Below, piece by piece: positions 1-13,454 of a stretch of 64,000 bases of DNA. Each line of letters opens with the position of its first letter. The first letter of the stretch is position 1. Location: positions 152,086,001-152,150,000 of the forward strand of contig OX597817.1 of the NCBI GenBank assembly GCA_951406725.2, read 5' to 3'. The translations under genes were made by a program, and so were the position numbers. Source of the stretch: Octopus vulgaris. Taxonomy: Eukaryota. Below the pieces are notes generated by a model. That model had not been told where the DNA came from, did no database searches, and saw nothing but the letters and a program-made list of their open reading frames with translations.

Positions 1-50
1 CACAATATGTACCATACACCACTAACTCAAACACACCCAACCCATTTCCA

Positions 51-146
51 TTCTCTGTAGAAATCTATAATTTAACGTGCCACATTCTTAGATATTGATT
101 TGTATCTAAGAATATGGCACTCCAAATTATAGATTTCTACGGAGAA
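51..146. repeat. 96-nt hairpin (44-bp arms, 8-nt loop)
   Basis: TTCTCTGTAGAAATCTATAATTT...TTCTTAGATA / TATCTAAGAA...AAATTATAGATTTCTACGGAGAA. Confidence 0.9.
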
Positions 147-1345
147 AATTATATTTTCACTTAAAATATACACAAAATAATGTTGAAATTGAAGTCGTGT
201 GTCCTTTTCAATTCCAACAGCAACTCGAATGATTCATTTACTAAATTTATATTTTATCATTATGACTAACATAAACTGGTACCATGCCAAAATTAAATTC
301 CTTCCATTTACTGCATCGAAACCAACTTTCTATAGTTGCACTGGACTAATATTCTGAAACTAACAGAATATGAAATTGAAATAAAATTATATTATTCCTA
401 GAAATTTCATATTACTTCTAATCCTGTCTGTGAAAAACCAAGATTAATTTATATTATGGAGAGAAAAAGTGTCCAAGAAAACTAATGGTAGTAATCTACC
501 TCATGAAGTTCATGGAATAAGGTTAGTTTGTATGCCATAAGAATTCAACATTCCAAGATTAACACTTCATCTGAGAAAGAAAAATAAATAAAATTTTAAG
601 TTTTAGATGTTTTCTCACTCTCAGACATTCCTCAAACATCAGATTCTACTTCTTCCTATGGCATACAAATTATCCAAGCTCACAAAGAATACTAGGAAAA
701 TTGGCTCCTGTGCCGGTGGTACATAGAACGCACCATCCAAATGTGGCCAATGCCAGTAGCCCCTGACTTCCCCCCCCCATGCCAGTGGCACGTAAAACGC
801 ACTATCCAAACATGATCGATGCCAGGCCTGCTTGACTGGCTCTTGTGCCAGTGACATGTAAAAAGCACCCACTACACTCTCAGGGTTGTTGGCATTAGGA
901 AGGGCATCCAGCTCTAGAAACATAACCAGATCAGAGTGGAGCCTGGCACAGCTGCTGGCTTTCCAGACCTCAGTCAAACCATCCAACCCATGCCAGCATG
1001 GAAAGCAGATATTGATGATGATGCTACTGAGGGTGGTGGTGGTTTTATTTATGACTAGAAATATACATCAGTCATTGGAAGTTTTATTAAAAATGTAACT
1101 TGTTTACCATAAAATTATCAGGTAATGTCAGAATCTGAAATCTCTTGAGGACTTTCCAATGAAATGCTTTACTTGAAATGTCAATTTTCGAAGTTTCTGA
1201 CCATTACTTGATACAGAATGGTACCATATCCACAGTGTTTACTCAATTCCTTACAAACTAGTGTCAAGCCCATTAAACTGTAGGTGTGTATTAAAGAACA
1301 TCTTGATATAACTTCAAAATATACAATCTTCTTGTATTTCTATAG

Positions 1346-1505
1346 GTTTGTACATGTCAGGTTACCCAAAGAGGCCAAGACTGACAGTACACGTTTCCGC
1401 TGGTGGCAACCAATGCATTCAGGAAAAGGTACTGATCAGTGGGCAGTAGATGGTATTTACATTGGGTTCTATGAAAAGTTAACCACTCTACAAGATAACT
1501 TCAAC
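1346..1505 (+). CDS. RELN: Reelin exon A (end of repeat 2B)
   Basis: tatag|G acceptor, AAC|gtaagt donor; [40 protein letters not shown]; phase 2 to 0. Confidence 0.93.
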
Positions 1506-2650
1506 GTAAGTTAAATATTTTAACCCATTTGTTTTGTTATTAATAACTCACTTTGTTATATGTAGATAATAGCTTTTTGGTTGTTATCTAGGTTTACTCT
1601 AAGGCCTTGGATTATTTCAGCTTTTAACTAGATATAAATCTCTGGAACAGCTACCGACCCTACATAAAACATAGATTTATATATGGTTCACATATCTGGA
1701 ATGGATCAAAATTTGGTCTAACTCCAAGTTGCCTTCATCTTCACCATTCTATTTCTGTAGCTGGTGTTCCCACATAGAACCATGCCAAAATTAGGATATA
1801 TGCGTAAGATGTATTCCTCCAACATATCTAGGCGGGGATAAAAACTCACTTAAACCCTAAGAATTCAGCCAACCCTATATCAGCATAGAAGGCAGTTAGA
1901 TGACAATGATGGTGATGGCAGTGGTAGTGGTGATGGCAATGCTGATGGTTATTGTGATGAGAATATTTTTCATGTTTGCACAGATTAAATAGGTTTTACA
2001 GCATTTCACCATCTGTAGGGACTCTTCCTCACATGGCCCAATCAACAAAAGAGAAAGTCACCAATCATTGTTCTGGTTTTGTTCTGGTTGTTTTCTAGAC
2101 AGATGTTCTTCCTATCACCAACCACTTTATAGTATGTACTAAAAACATTATTTCATTGTGCTTGCATAGAGAGGTTGACTGTAACAAGAGTAAAAGGTAT
2201 CTGCAATCCTGTATTAAATTGCTACTGCTCTCCTCAATGGTTTGCATTCAGGACCTACATCATCAACTCCTAGACATTACCATCTTAAGTCCCAAGATGC
2301 ATAGGACCACATAATCTGATTTCCATGGCATATAAGTGTCTGAGATCATGGCATTTCACCTGAAAGGGATACCAGTCCATTGCAGGGGTTACTCATTTAT
2401 AGTTGAATAAAGTGTTTTGCTCAGGAACACAATACCCCACCCAGTCAATGAATTGATCATGAGTGCATCACCCTACCCACTAGATAACACACCTTCACAT
2501 CTACTTTGTACAAATAAATTTTAATTATAGCCAATACTTTCCTTCTAAACATCTATAATATGTATTTTTTATTCATATTGTGCCAGTATATTAATTTACT
2601 CTTTTAAAATTTCTGAAATATTAACCTATAAACTTTTTGTAAATCTCCAG

Positions 2651-2821
2651 AGATTATCTGATCTGTATACACTTGGCCCTTGGCTCACAGTAACAGATGG
2701 TGTCAATGGTATGTACTGCAAAAGCAATAGTTCTGCACTTATCTTAGCTAACCAAGAAAATGATAAACTTATAATTACAAAAGACATGAACCTGAAGGAA
2801 GGAGACACCATTCAGTTTAAG
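2651..2821 (+). CDS. RELN: Reelin exon B (repeat 3A)
   Basis: ctccag|AGA, AAG|gtacga; RLSDLYTLGPWLTVTDGVNGMYCKSNSSALIL...IITKDMNLKEGDTIQFK; phase 0 to 0; not in the ORF track on this strand. Confidence 0.92.
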
Positions 2822-3677
2822 GTACGAGTTTTTTTTGGTTTTTTTCTGTCAAACTAAATATATTTTTGTTCATTCACATTCATTTTAATCATGTAATCTT
2901 AATTAAAAATAAAAAGAGCTAAGTGAAATTATTCAGGTGAGCCAAAGACATGAATTTGTTAAATAAGTCCAGAGGTTATGTACTGAATGCATTTGCACAG
3001 AAACATTCTAAATTGAAATTTTCCTTTCAGTTAATTAACGAAAACAAAAACCTAGAGGACATTATTAACAATTCTCAAAGAAAATGGGATGTAATTTTCA
3101 TAAAATAAGAATTCATTTACTAAAGTTAATTTGCACACTTTACATAATGTTTGTGAGCAAAAAACAACTGTGGACCTGTTTCTGTCTATAAGACTATGTC
3201 AACATAGTTTAGTTTCCTCACACCTATTTGATCAGTAAACCAAAACTTTTTACATAGAAAAACAATATTAGAAATAACTCCTGACTAGTATGATTTGCAT
3301 AATTAATTTTTTTTTTAATTATACAGATTATACAGGCTCAAGTTTTTTTATGTATCTTTTTCCAATAAAAATCTTTGTTAGTTGATCAAGTAAGCTTGAG
3401 TTGATTACAAGGTCTGTCTATAATGAAACTAAGCCTTTTTATGAAAAAGAAAAAAACCTTATTGCTTTACTTACAGTTGAATCAGACTTGGCCCACTTAA
3501 AAGGATTCTCCTTACTCATGACACACTATTCCCAATGTTCCCAGTAGTTTTTCCAGTTTTGGAACAAACCTGGAACATGTGTGCTGAGACAGTATCCAGT
3601 TTTGTTTGTGAATTTTTTTCAACCTCTTCTATCATCTGAAACTGGGAAGGATTTCAACTTTAAGAGCAAAATCCACA

Positions 3678-3932
3678 GTGGCCAATATATAGCCTAGTGG
3701 TTACAGTGTTGCACTCACAATCACTAGATCGTGGGTTCAATTCCCAGACTAGGCTGTGCATTGTGTTCTTGAGCCAAACACTTCATTTCACTTAGCTCTA
3801 GTTCCCCTTTTGATGAAGGGGGAATGTTGGCCTGCTCACCTATCACATAGAATGCCACCTTCCAAAGGCTAAAGCGCATTGTGACCAGTGATATGTAGCA
3901 ACATCTGATAGTTTGGTTGGTCATGTGATCAC
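3678..3932 (+). mobile_element. Old tRNA-derived SINE
   Basis: TAGCCTAGTGG A box and GGTTCAATTCC B box, then GCATTGTGTTCTTGAGC...ACACTT core; a related decayed copy lies at about 2290-2500 on the - strand. Confidence 0.55.
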
Positions 3933-4791
3933 ATTATATATACGTGTGTGTGTGTGTATATATAAATCACATATGACAGGTTTCTACTTTATTTCTTTTT
4001 TCTTTATTGCCCTTAAGGGTCTAAACATAGAGGGGACGAACAAGGATAGACAAAGGGATTGTCGATTACATTGACCCCAGTGCATAACTGGTACTTAATT
4101 TATCGACCCTGAAAGGATGAAAGGCAAAGTCGACCTTGGTGGAATTTGAACTCAGAATGTAAAGACAGACAAAATACCACTAAGCATTTCGCCCAGCGTG
4201 CTAACATTTCTGCCAGCTTGCCGCCTTTATAATATACTCTACTCTACTTCTGCTCTATTTCTGCCTACCAAATTCACTCACAAGGCATTGATTGGCCCAG
4301 GGCTATAGAAGACACTTAGCCAAGATGTCATGCAATGGGACTGAACCCAGAACCAGGTGGTTGCAAAACAAGCTTCTTGACCAAACAGCCTTCGTGCACC
4401 TGTGACTTTTTAAAATTTATTCTCTTTTTATATTATGGCAGAACATCATCTAAACTTACTCGATCACCAAGCAACATGAATGAATTTAAGTAACAGGAAT
4501 AAAGTACAGAAATAGTAGCAAAATGAAGTGCAAAAACTGAAACCTAACATTTTAGTGGTGGCAAAGAAAAGTTAAGAAACGCATAAAACATTGTTATTAA
4601 AAATAGCTGTTTATTTCGGAACTCATGAAATTCAGTTTTAAATAGTAAACACGAAGGATTTTTTTAGCAATTTCTTTTTCTGGTTTTTATGTGTGTGCTT
4701 TCTTTAGAATTTGAGAATTTACTATAAAACTTTTCAATACTTTTTTACAGAAAAAAACTTCTTCGTGAATTGCTTGTCTCTCTCTTTACAG

Positions 4792-5006
4792 ATTAATGTC
4801 GACTGTAATAAAAAATTTCAATGGGACCATCCTGTATGGTTTCAATACAGTCATGATAATGGAAATTCCTGGAAATTGGTATCTAGCCAATGCTATGATG
4901 AAGGTGAATGTGGTGGTGAGTTAACAGAGGGAACTATTTACCATTCTGGTACCTATGGTGACTGGAGATTAGTTGTAATTCCTGTAAGAGAAGAAATAGC
5001 ATCCAG
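4792..5006 (+). CDS. RELN: Reelin exon C (repeat 3A, Asp-box)
   Basis: ttacag|ATT, AG|gtataa; INVDCNKKFQWDHPVWFQYSHDNGNSWKLV...GDWRLVVIPV; phase 0 to 2. Confidence 0.94.
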
Positions 5007-6360
5007 GTATAAATAAATAGCTTTTAAACATTTTGCATCTAAATTTTTGAAATAAGTTATTGTTAGTGCAATAGTAATTCTTCAAACGTTTAACCCCGAT
5101 TTTAGAGAGAAAAAATATTTTAATATTTATATCATAATATTCATTCATTTATTCATTTTATGCCCATTTATCCCATGCTGATCTGGGATGGACAAATACA
5201 TGTTGTGTAGGCATTGTTTTACTGTCAAATACTCTTCCTGTTGCTATCCATTGTCTGCCTTTCAAGAAAGGGAATTTCTATCCTAGTTGTCTTTGAAAGG
5301 GCAGGGATACATAATGAATTTTGATAGGTAATGTCAACAAGCATCACTGATTTTTAGCTCAGTGCTTTCATGGAAAGCACAGAATCTAATCATTCACACA
5401 GATGAGCATATGTGCACATGCATACATACACACACACACACACACACACGTGTGCATAGACGTGTATGCATCATGGGCTTTCAAACAGTTTCTGATTACT
5501 AATAAATAGCCGAAGGTTATAACAGGAGACACTTACTCAAGGTGACAAACTGTGAGATAAAAATTCAACAACAACAAACATAAAAGATGAAGTGTTTGTG
5601 TAGTCATTCAACTTGCTAGAAATGCCAACCAAATTTCCTTCAAATTGCACTTTATTTTTTAAAAAGTGAAAGATGTAGTAGATAACGTAGCTGTCACAAT
5701 TAGAATGCCTCTGACCATGGGGTTTACCCAGTCAGGTCTGACTTGGAGCTAAACATCTTAATGTCATTACACTCACCATTTATGAAGCTTCTTTTATTCT
5801 ACTTTGGTATGATTTGTCCTTCAACATCCAGCAACAATCTCATTAATGAAATATCATTAAATACCTCATTAAGGAATTGTCTGAAAGGTATAGTTTTGAC
5901 CAAATATTGTTTAAATATTAAATATATAGATATCTAACTTTCATTCCCTTCAACGTTGCTATGAGTGTTATACCATTTGTATGATGTGGAAAATATTCCA
6001 GCAGTATTGCCCAATTGATGCTGGCATTAACTTTAGAATTTCCCCAAGGCTTGGTCCCCATGCCATCTGTCCTCTACAAAAGTCATGTTCGTGTCGCATC
6101 ACAACACGAAGACAGATCTATTTCATCTTAACTGGCCCTGCTGTCTTTAACATCATGCCAAGTCATACAAGAGAAGAAAAAAGATCTTAAAATATTCTAA
6201 CAGGTCCTGGATGAATATCTCCATTAAATTCCAGATAAACCACCTACACCCAGACATATCTCTGCAAACAATAACTCTTTACTTAAATGAGCTATGCTGT
6301 CCAAAGAATGACTAACATGAAACATCATGAAATGTTTTTTCCAAGTGTTACTATTATTCG

Positions 6361-6742
6361 TAGAGGCACAATGGCCCAGTGGTTAGGGCAGCGGACTCGC
6401 GGTCATAGGATCGCGGTTTCGATTCCCAGACCAGGCGTTGTGAGTGTTTATTGAGCGAAAACACCTAAAGCTCCACGAGGCACCGGCAGGAATGGTGGTG
6501 ATCTCTGCTGTGCTCTTTCACCACAACTTTCTCTCACTCTTACTTCCTGTTTCTGTTGTACCTGTATTTCAAAGGGCTGGCCTTGTCACTTTCTGTGTCA
6601 CGCTGAATATCCCCGAGAACTACGTTAAGGGTACACGTGTCTGTGGAGTGCTCAGCCACTTACATGTTAATTTCACGAGCAGGCTGTTCCGTTGATTCGG
6701 ATCAACCGGAACCCTCGTCGTCGTAACCGACAGAGTGCTTCC
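6361..6742 (+). mobile_element. tRNA-derived SINE, young CpG-rich copy
   Basis: Pol III A box TGGCCCAGTGG and B box GGTTTCGATTCC in a tRNA-like head, followed by a non-tRNA body. Confidence 0.75.
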
Positions 6743-6800
6743 ATAATCCCATTATGTTAGACTTGACCAGGGCTAATTGTGGTCAAAACTTATCAAAGTA

Positions 6801-7192
6801 CTAGCAGTATTGCCCAGTGTTGATCGGGTTTGTTTCGACCCTTTAGAATTGGAATTTTTGAAAAGTAAAAATTTTGCATTATGTAGCTTGATATTCTCTT
6901 TAAGTGAACATTCTTCTTGTTGAAATACACAGAAAAAGGTGACACAGCAGTCAAAAAAATCGTAAAAAATAGGGATTTTCATAGAAAAAGAGCACCTTTT
7001 TGATGTAAATAATTTTTGGTGTTAACATGGTCCAATTTGAACTTTTTCTTCTACGGAAGGAAGAGCAAGCCTTTTTCTATCATACTCTCAATTTTGGTCA
7101 ACTTGCACTGTATGGTCTTGGAGAAGATAGTGTTAGTTGAAGGCTACCAAACCTGCCATACACAGACAACTTCAGCTTTATATAGAGAGAGA
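6801..7192 (-). mobile_element. Non-autonomous Helitron
   Basis: On the - strand it starts TC, ends with a GC hairpin (CCCGATCAACACTGGG) followed by CTAG, and sits between A and T with no TSD. Confidence 0.7.
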
Positions 7193-7288
7193 TATATATG
7201 TATATATTAAATTGTATGTATTGAAATATGTATGACAAAACCTGAAGCAATACAGCTTTTTTTTAACCAAGTCTCTTTTACCTATCAG

Positions 7289-7449
7289 ACCAGTTTTGTT
7301 CCGTTGGTGGCAACGTGGAGGAACAGCCCATAGCTTTGCTCTTGATGATGTTTACATTGGTCCTTCATGCCTTGATCGATGTAATCGAAATGGTATATGT
7401 CAATCCCAACATCGATCAGTAGACTGCAAATGTGAAGAAGGCACACAAG
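7289..7449 (+). CDS. RELN: Reelin exon D (end of 3A plus EGF)
   Basis: tatcag|A, G|gtaatt; PVLFRWWQRGGTAHSFALDDVYIGPSCLDRCNRNGICQSQHRSVDCKCEEGTQ; phase 2 to 1. Confidence 0.94.
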
Positions 7450-8113
7450 GTAATTCTTTTAATTTATAATTAATTCACTTTCCAAATAATTAGCTAACCA
7501 ACTGAATTATCAGAATGCTTAAATGATGATGATCATCATCATCATCATTTAACGTCTGTTTTCCATGCTAGCATGAGTTGGATGATTTGACTGGGGTCTG
7601 GGAAGCCAGGAGGCTGCAGCAGGCTCCAATCTGATCTGGCAGTGTTTCTACAGCTGGATGCCCTTCCTAATGCCAACCACTCTGTGAGTGTAGTGGGTGC
7701 TTTTTACGTGCCACCGGCACAGGTGCCAGGGGAGGCTGGCAACGGCTATGATCGGTTGGTGCTTTTTACATGCTACAGGTGCCAGAGGAGGCAGGCAACA
7801 GCCACAATTGGTTGGTGCTTTTTACGTGCTACCGGCATGGAAGCCAGTCAAGGCGGTGCTGGCATCGGCCACATACAGATGGTGCTTTTTATGTGCCACT
7901 GGCACAGGTACATGCCACCGGCACAGTGATTACATGCCACCAGCACAGATTTTTACTAAAATCTTTACTAAAATATATAAATATTCAACTTATGTATCTA
8001 TTTCAATAATTAGAATATTTAGAATATTCTACATTTCCTACAGAATATAAAGCTGTAAAATACTAACTATATTGTCTCTAGTTTACTTGTGATTAACCCT
8101 TAATTTGATTTAA

Positions 8114-8332
8114 CCCTTTAGCATTTAGACTAGCTGTATCTGGCCCAAATATTCTACCTGTTTTATGCCCAGGCCAGCCAGATCTGGTCTTTTACACTTA
8201 CCCTACAAAGTCATTTTAAAAGTAAGCAATCACATTATTGAAATCTTGAAGCAGTGAGATAATGTGTGATAAATTCAAACAATGAGAATAAATAAATATT
8301 ACGTTTGACAGAGTGATCTGAATGCTAAAGAG
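8114..8332. mobile_element. piggyBac-type MITE family A
   Basis: TTAA on both sides; TIR CCCTTTAGCATT / AATGCTAAAGAG; copies at ~36614-36810, 54785-54972, 62253-62473. Confidence 0.8.
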
Positions 8333-8744
8333 TTAAACTGTGGCCAAAACCAACTTTTAAAAATAGTGGAAGATCTTTGTGAAAGAAATCATTTATTGAA
8401 TAATTAATTCCTAGATTTCAGTGTGTTCTACAGGCCTGGCAATTGACTTCATCTTAACATGTGTATTGAGGTGGAGAAAAATTACATTCTGGAAGTCATG
8501 ATAGTCATTTAAAACACTCGTTATACCGTTTTAATGAGTATTAGACAGGTCATCAATTTAAAAATCTGATAAAGAGTTAGGGTATTTAAGCTGATAAAAA
8601 TATTTCAATCACCCATTTTTCAAAATAAGACAAATATGCATGAAGAAATTAGATTAATGCCATGAGAAACATTAACATAGTTTTTTTAAAAAAATAGGAA
8701 ATCTATTCAACTGTATTCATAGAGTAAACATCTGGATTTATACA

Positions 8745-9100
8745 GGTAATTAGTTTGCTTACCAACCACCCGGTTCCGGGTTCATTCCCTCTGGGCAAGT
8801 GTCTTTTACTATTGCCTCTTTTACTATTGCCTCAGGCTGACCAAAGCCTTGAGAGTGGATTTGGTAGATGGAAACTGGAAAGACGCCCATTGTATATATA
8901 TGTGTATGTGTTTGTCCCCCCAACATCACTTGACAACCGATGCAGGTGTGTTTACATCCCCATAACTTAGCAGTTTGGCAAAAGAGACAGATAGAATAAG
9001 TACTACAAAGAATAAGTCCTGGGGTCGATTTGCTCGACCAAAGGCGGTGCTCCAGCATGGCCACAGTTAAATGACTGAAACAAGTAAAAGACTAAAAGAG
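8745..9100 (+). mobile_element. SINE family 1 (tRNA head, central microsatellite, ...GACTGAAACAAGTAAAAGA tail)
   Basis: Near-identical copies recur at ~10956-11568(-), 15861-16246(+), 20990-21333(+), 23858-24277(+), 28864-29205(-), 31419-31795(+), 34030-34408(+), 49485-49893(-), 61346-61745(-). Confidence 0.85.
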
Positions 9101-9599
9101 ACTAAACAGGGAATACACATATTACTAACACAGCTTTTTCAACCAAATACTACCACTACAAATTTTGGAGTCTAATGAATATCAGAATAAATTAAGCATA
9201 TGAATACTTAAGTATTTGGCATGTTTATAACATTGTTTTGTATTTAGAAGAAAATATAAGTGTGAATTGGAGTTATCAAGAACAAAATAACAATCAAATT
9301 CATCCTTTTTTTTGGGCGGCAGCAAGAAATCCAATGTCTCATAACTGAAAACATTGTAGATAAATTTTGCATTTATCCAATAAAATTGCAGCTAATAAGT
9401 AACAAAACAGTTTTATATGAATGTGAAGGAAATGATTTTAAATGCTATTATGTATTTATGTATATGCTAGCAGTTTGCCTGATGGAAAAAAAAAAGATAT
9501 GGAAGAATAACAGCATCAGAATATGCTACACTTTTTCATTCACTTTTGTTACATTTCTTAATAGTATTGCTTGCTGTAAATCTCTAACTATTGTCTGTT

Positions 9600-10560
9600 A
9601 TCATCATCATTTGAAGTTCATATTTTCATTGCTTGTATAGGTTTGTCTTACGTGTACAGGTCTTGTTTCATGCAATATCTTATCACTTGTTGTGGGCTCT
9701 TGCCATCTTCATGAGAGTCTCTTAAGATTAGCCTTCATCACATCTTCACATGCATTCTTTGACCTTTCTCATGTCCATTTTCATTCCACTTGGATTACTT
9801 GGCACGTTTTTACCAATCAGTCATTCTCCATACACATCACATATCTGTACAAGCACATTATAACTGATATGCTTAGCCTTCTTTCCAAATCATTCATGAT
9901 CTCGTCTTCATACATTCTAACATGCCACACCCAATGAAGCATGCCCACCTCATTTTTTCCTCCTCACACTTCACACTCAGTACTCATGTTTCCCTACTAT
10001 CCAATATTACACTACATACATATGCATCATATAATCTACCCTTAACTCAGAAGGAAAGACCTTTTATTGCCAGTAAAGGTAAAAGATCTCTAAACTTTCT
10101 ATACCCTGGTCTTACTCTATTATGCATTCAGAGCACCTGCCTTCACTGTTGTTTATGCCACTTAGGTAACAGAGGTTGTCAACTAATTTTTTGGTATTTG
10201 AAGAATTTCATTTCATTGATACTCTCACTTCTAACTATTCCTATACATCAGCTACATATGAAGCCCTTTTCACCTATAGTTTATATTCAGGTCACTATAA
10301 GGAATTTCTACCAGTTTTCCACATCTCAAGCACTTGACTACTTCCAGGATGAGTTTTGTCTTCTTTCCTGTAAACCAAACATTTTTGACTTTACTGATCT
10401 TACTTTAAGACTGTCTGATTTTAGGCTTTGCTGCCATGTATGGAATTTCTCTCCTAATTCCCTAATTCTTCAACATATGTGACTGCAAGATCTTTGTGTA
10501 CAAAAGTTCCTGCCAGCAGCTGCTTTTAAACTTCCCTTTTATGGCTGGGAATAAGGCCAG
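9600..10560 (-). mobile_element. Decayed RTE LINE (RT domain to 3' end)
   Basis: The - strand gives WQELLYTKDL (degenerate WELLYADDL RT motif) near 10490-10515 and a degenerate C-terminal motif; many stop codons. Confidence 0.6.
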
Positions 10561-10626
10561 AATACCTCACATCTCTGACTTTTTCATCACAGAACACTGA
10601 CAAAACTCTTTCAGCTTCTCTCCATA

Positions 10627-10696
<70 letters not shown>

Positions 10697-10921
10697 GTAT
10701 GTATATTCACAAGAAGTACTGAAAAGTTCCTGGCTTTGGGTAAAAGAAAATGCAGGAGAATCAGTTAATTATGATTTTATTCAATATATTCCCTTCTCAG
10801 ATTCACACACTCATTGCAGTGATCTTTCAGTCTTTCTAAGCCCCATAAAAGAACTTGGAAGATTGGGCCTTCAACCAGGCCTTTCGCAATACTCTTAAAA
10901 CAAGTAACTTTTCAGCACCTC

Positions 10922-10956
<35 letters not shown>

Positions 10957-11283
10957 CTTTTATTCTTTTACTTGCTTCAGTCATTTGACTGCAGCCATGC
11001 TGGAGCAGCGCCTTTGGTCGAACAAATCAACCCCAGGACTTATTCTTTGTAAGCCTAGTACTTATTCTAATGGTCCCATTTGCTGAAGTGCTAAGTTACG
11101 GGGAATGTAAACACATAAGCATTGGTTGTCAAGCGATGTTGAGTGGACAAACACAGACACAAATACACATACAAACACGCACACACACATATGTGTATAT
11201 ATATATATATATATATATTGGTAAAAATGGTAAGATAACAAAAGAAAGAAAGAGACCTCAATATTATGTAAATAGAGGAAATT

Positions 11284-11377
11284 TATCTGTAAATTAATAT
11301 GTGACAATTATTCAATAGCCAAGATAAAACTCTGAGTTTTATCTTGGCTATTGAATAATTGTCACATATTAATTTAC

Positions 11378-11382
<5 letters not shown>
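11284..11382. repeat. Perfect 49-bp-arm palindrome with a 1-nt spacer
   Basis: TATCTGTAAATT...GATAAAACTC-T-GAGTTTTATC...AATTTACAGATA. Confidence 0.97.
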
Positions 11383-11419
<37 letters not shown>

Positions 11420-12112
11420 CAGGCTTCTTTTCAGTTTCCGTCTACCAAATCCACTCACAAGGCTTTGGTTGGCCCAAGGCTATAGTAGAAGATACTTGCC
11501 CAAAGTGTCACACAGTGGGACTGAACCCGGAACAATGTGGTTGGTAAGCAAGCTTCTTACCACACAGTCACTTTCTAACTTCTTTTATAGTTGCCAGGAA
11601 CTTTCCCTCTTCCTCGCATTCTCCCAATGTTTCTTGGTGTGTCTTTTATGACATTGCTGTGTCATTCCACCAGCTTGATATCATCTTTCTGAGTGGAACA
11701 TTGCTCCATCCACACATCTAATTTGTAGATTGCTACAGAATATCTAGTAGAAACTCCAATTGTCTTCTCTGTCATACATCTCTTCCTCACACTCCTCTTC
11801 AGATACCTCACCTAGAACATCTTTGAGCCTACATTAAGCCAAGGGATTATTCAGCTTGTATACCTCTCATCTTCAAATTATCTTCTGTCTCTGAGTCTAC
11901 CTAGCTCTTAGCTTGTAGCTGTTGATCCCTAATCTATGTTAAATGTTAGTCTTCACAAAAGAAAGCTGTATTATTCCCAATAATCTGTTTATCTTAGTGA
12001 GTATGATGTCTCCTTTACATTTAAAATAATTGCATTTTTTGTCTTGTTTTTCTTAAAATTTAGACACAGCTAAATACCATATTTTATTTTAGTTTATCAT
12101 TTTCCATTTCAG

Positions 12113-12320
12113 GTAGAAATTGCCATGAGATACAAGCCAACCCACTTGGAATAATTGACAGGTTTGATAATCGAAATGAACCGAATGAATTTTGGCAACG
12201 AACAACTGGATCAATGTTAGGAACCATGTGTGGCATTATCGACAATGAAAATGCCTTGTTTTTTCCTGCTGACGGAACACGAGAGGCTGTAACTCTTCCA
12301 CTTGACACAACACATCTCAG
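12113..12320 (+). CDS. RELN: Reelin exon E (EGF end, repeat 3B)
   Basis: tttcag|GT, AG|gtaagt; RNCHEIQANPLGIIDRFD...GTMCGIIDNENALFFPADGTREAVTLPLDTTHL; phase 1 to 2. Confidence 0.94.
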
Positions 12321-13454
12321 GTAAGTGAACAAAACTTTATTCTCATCATCATCATCGTTTAACGTCCGATGGAGTAATGTGAACTAACCAACCTTGCAAG
12401 ATTTGCTCTGCCTCTTTGTGTTCTGAGTTCTTATGGGGATAGACTTAATTTGTAACCTGGCTTATAACAACCACCATCTGATCCTTAGAGAATCTTTAGT
12501 GGAGTCCACTCTGTTCCAAGCATTCGATTCAGGTATCCAGTTTGAAATAACTTCCCCCCTTTCTGCAAACCGTTCTTAGGGACCCTGAAAAGCAAAAGGG
12601 TCATGAGGGAAAAACAGGGAGCTAATATACTTGACTTCAGGTAGCAAAGTTTAAATTAATATGTGTCTATTAGCCCAGTGTGTTAATTTCACAGCTATTA
12701 TCACAAAGAATGCATAGCAAGTTATGGTCCCAAAGCTGAATTTCTAAGTGAGATAATATCCAAGTATGTTTTACACACAAGATTAGGAACAAACACCATC
12801 ACTTGTATATTGGGGCTGCTAATCTACAACCATCAGGACAAAGGTCTGCTTACAAACATGTTTACAATGGGTTTCTTTGTGTTTCTATCTACCAAATTAC
12901 AACGCTTTTGGTCAACCCAGGGCTAGCAAACATTTGTCCAAGGTGCCATATAGTGAGACTGAACCTGAGATCACATGTTTGTGAAGCAAGCTCCTTAACC
13001 ACACAACCATTCCTGCACCTGAACAGAACATCATCATCATCGTTTAACATCCGTCTTCCATTCACAGGTAGGATGGTTCACAGGAGTCAGCCAGGTAGAA
13101 AATCTATTCCAAGCTACTGTATCTGTTTTGGCAGGGTTTTTATGGCGGGAGGTCCTTCCTAACACAAACCACTCCACAAAGTGGACTCGCTGCACTAGCA
13201 CAGATGAGATTAGTTTTAGCATGATTTTCACAGCTTCAAAATGCCAACCACTTTACAGTGTAGACTGGATATTTTTTTACATGATGCCAGCACTGGCAGG
13301 GTCGCCACATAACTCACAAGACAACCAATTATGAGAGAGGCAGGGGCATTTAAGGAGATGATCTTGTGTCGGAAGATAAAAGGTTAGTGTTTGTCTCTTT
13401 ACCTTCTCAATTCAGAAATTCATTAGCAAAATACATATGGTTTTTTTTTTCCAG

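Noticed and set aside
2626-2811. Minus-strand ORFs over exons B, E and I
   Set aside because: These are antisense shadows of the + strand reelin exons.
6361-6436. tRNA-like sequence
   Set aside because: It has A and B boxes but runs into a SINE body with no proper acceptor stem or terminator; it is a SINE head, not a tRNA gene.
7642-8050. Recurrent 'LQLDALPNANHSVSVVGAFY' ORFs across the window
   Set aside because: They are antisense translations of the RTE 3' UTR repeat, with frames and stops that vary between copies; not a gene family.
9922-10482. 186-aa ORF, the longest in the track
   Set aside because: It is antisense to a decayed RTE reverse transcriptase region and has no recognisable domain.
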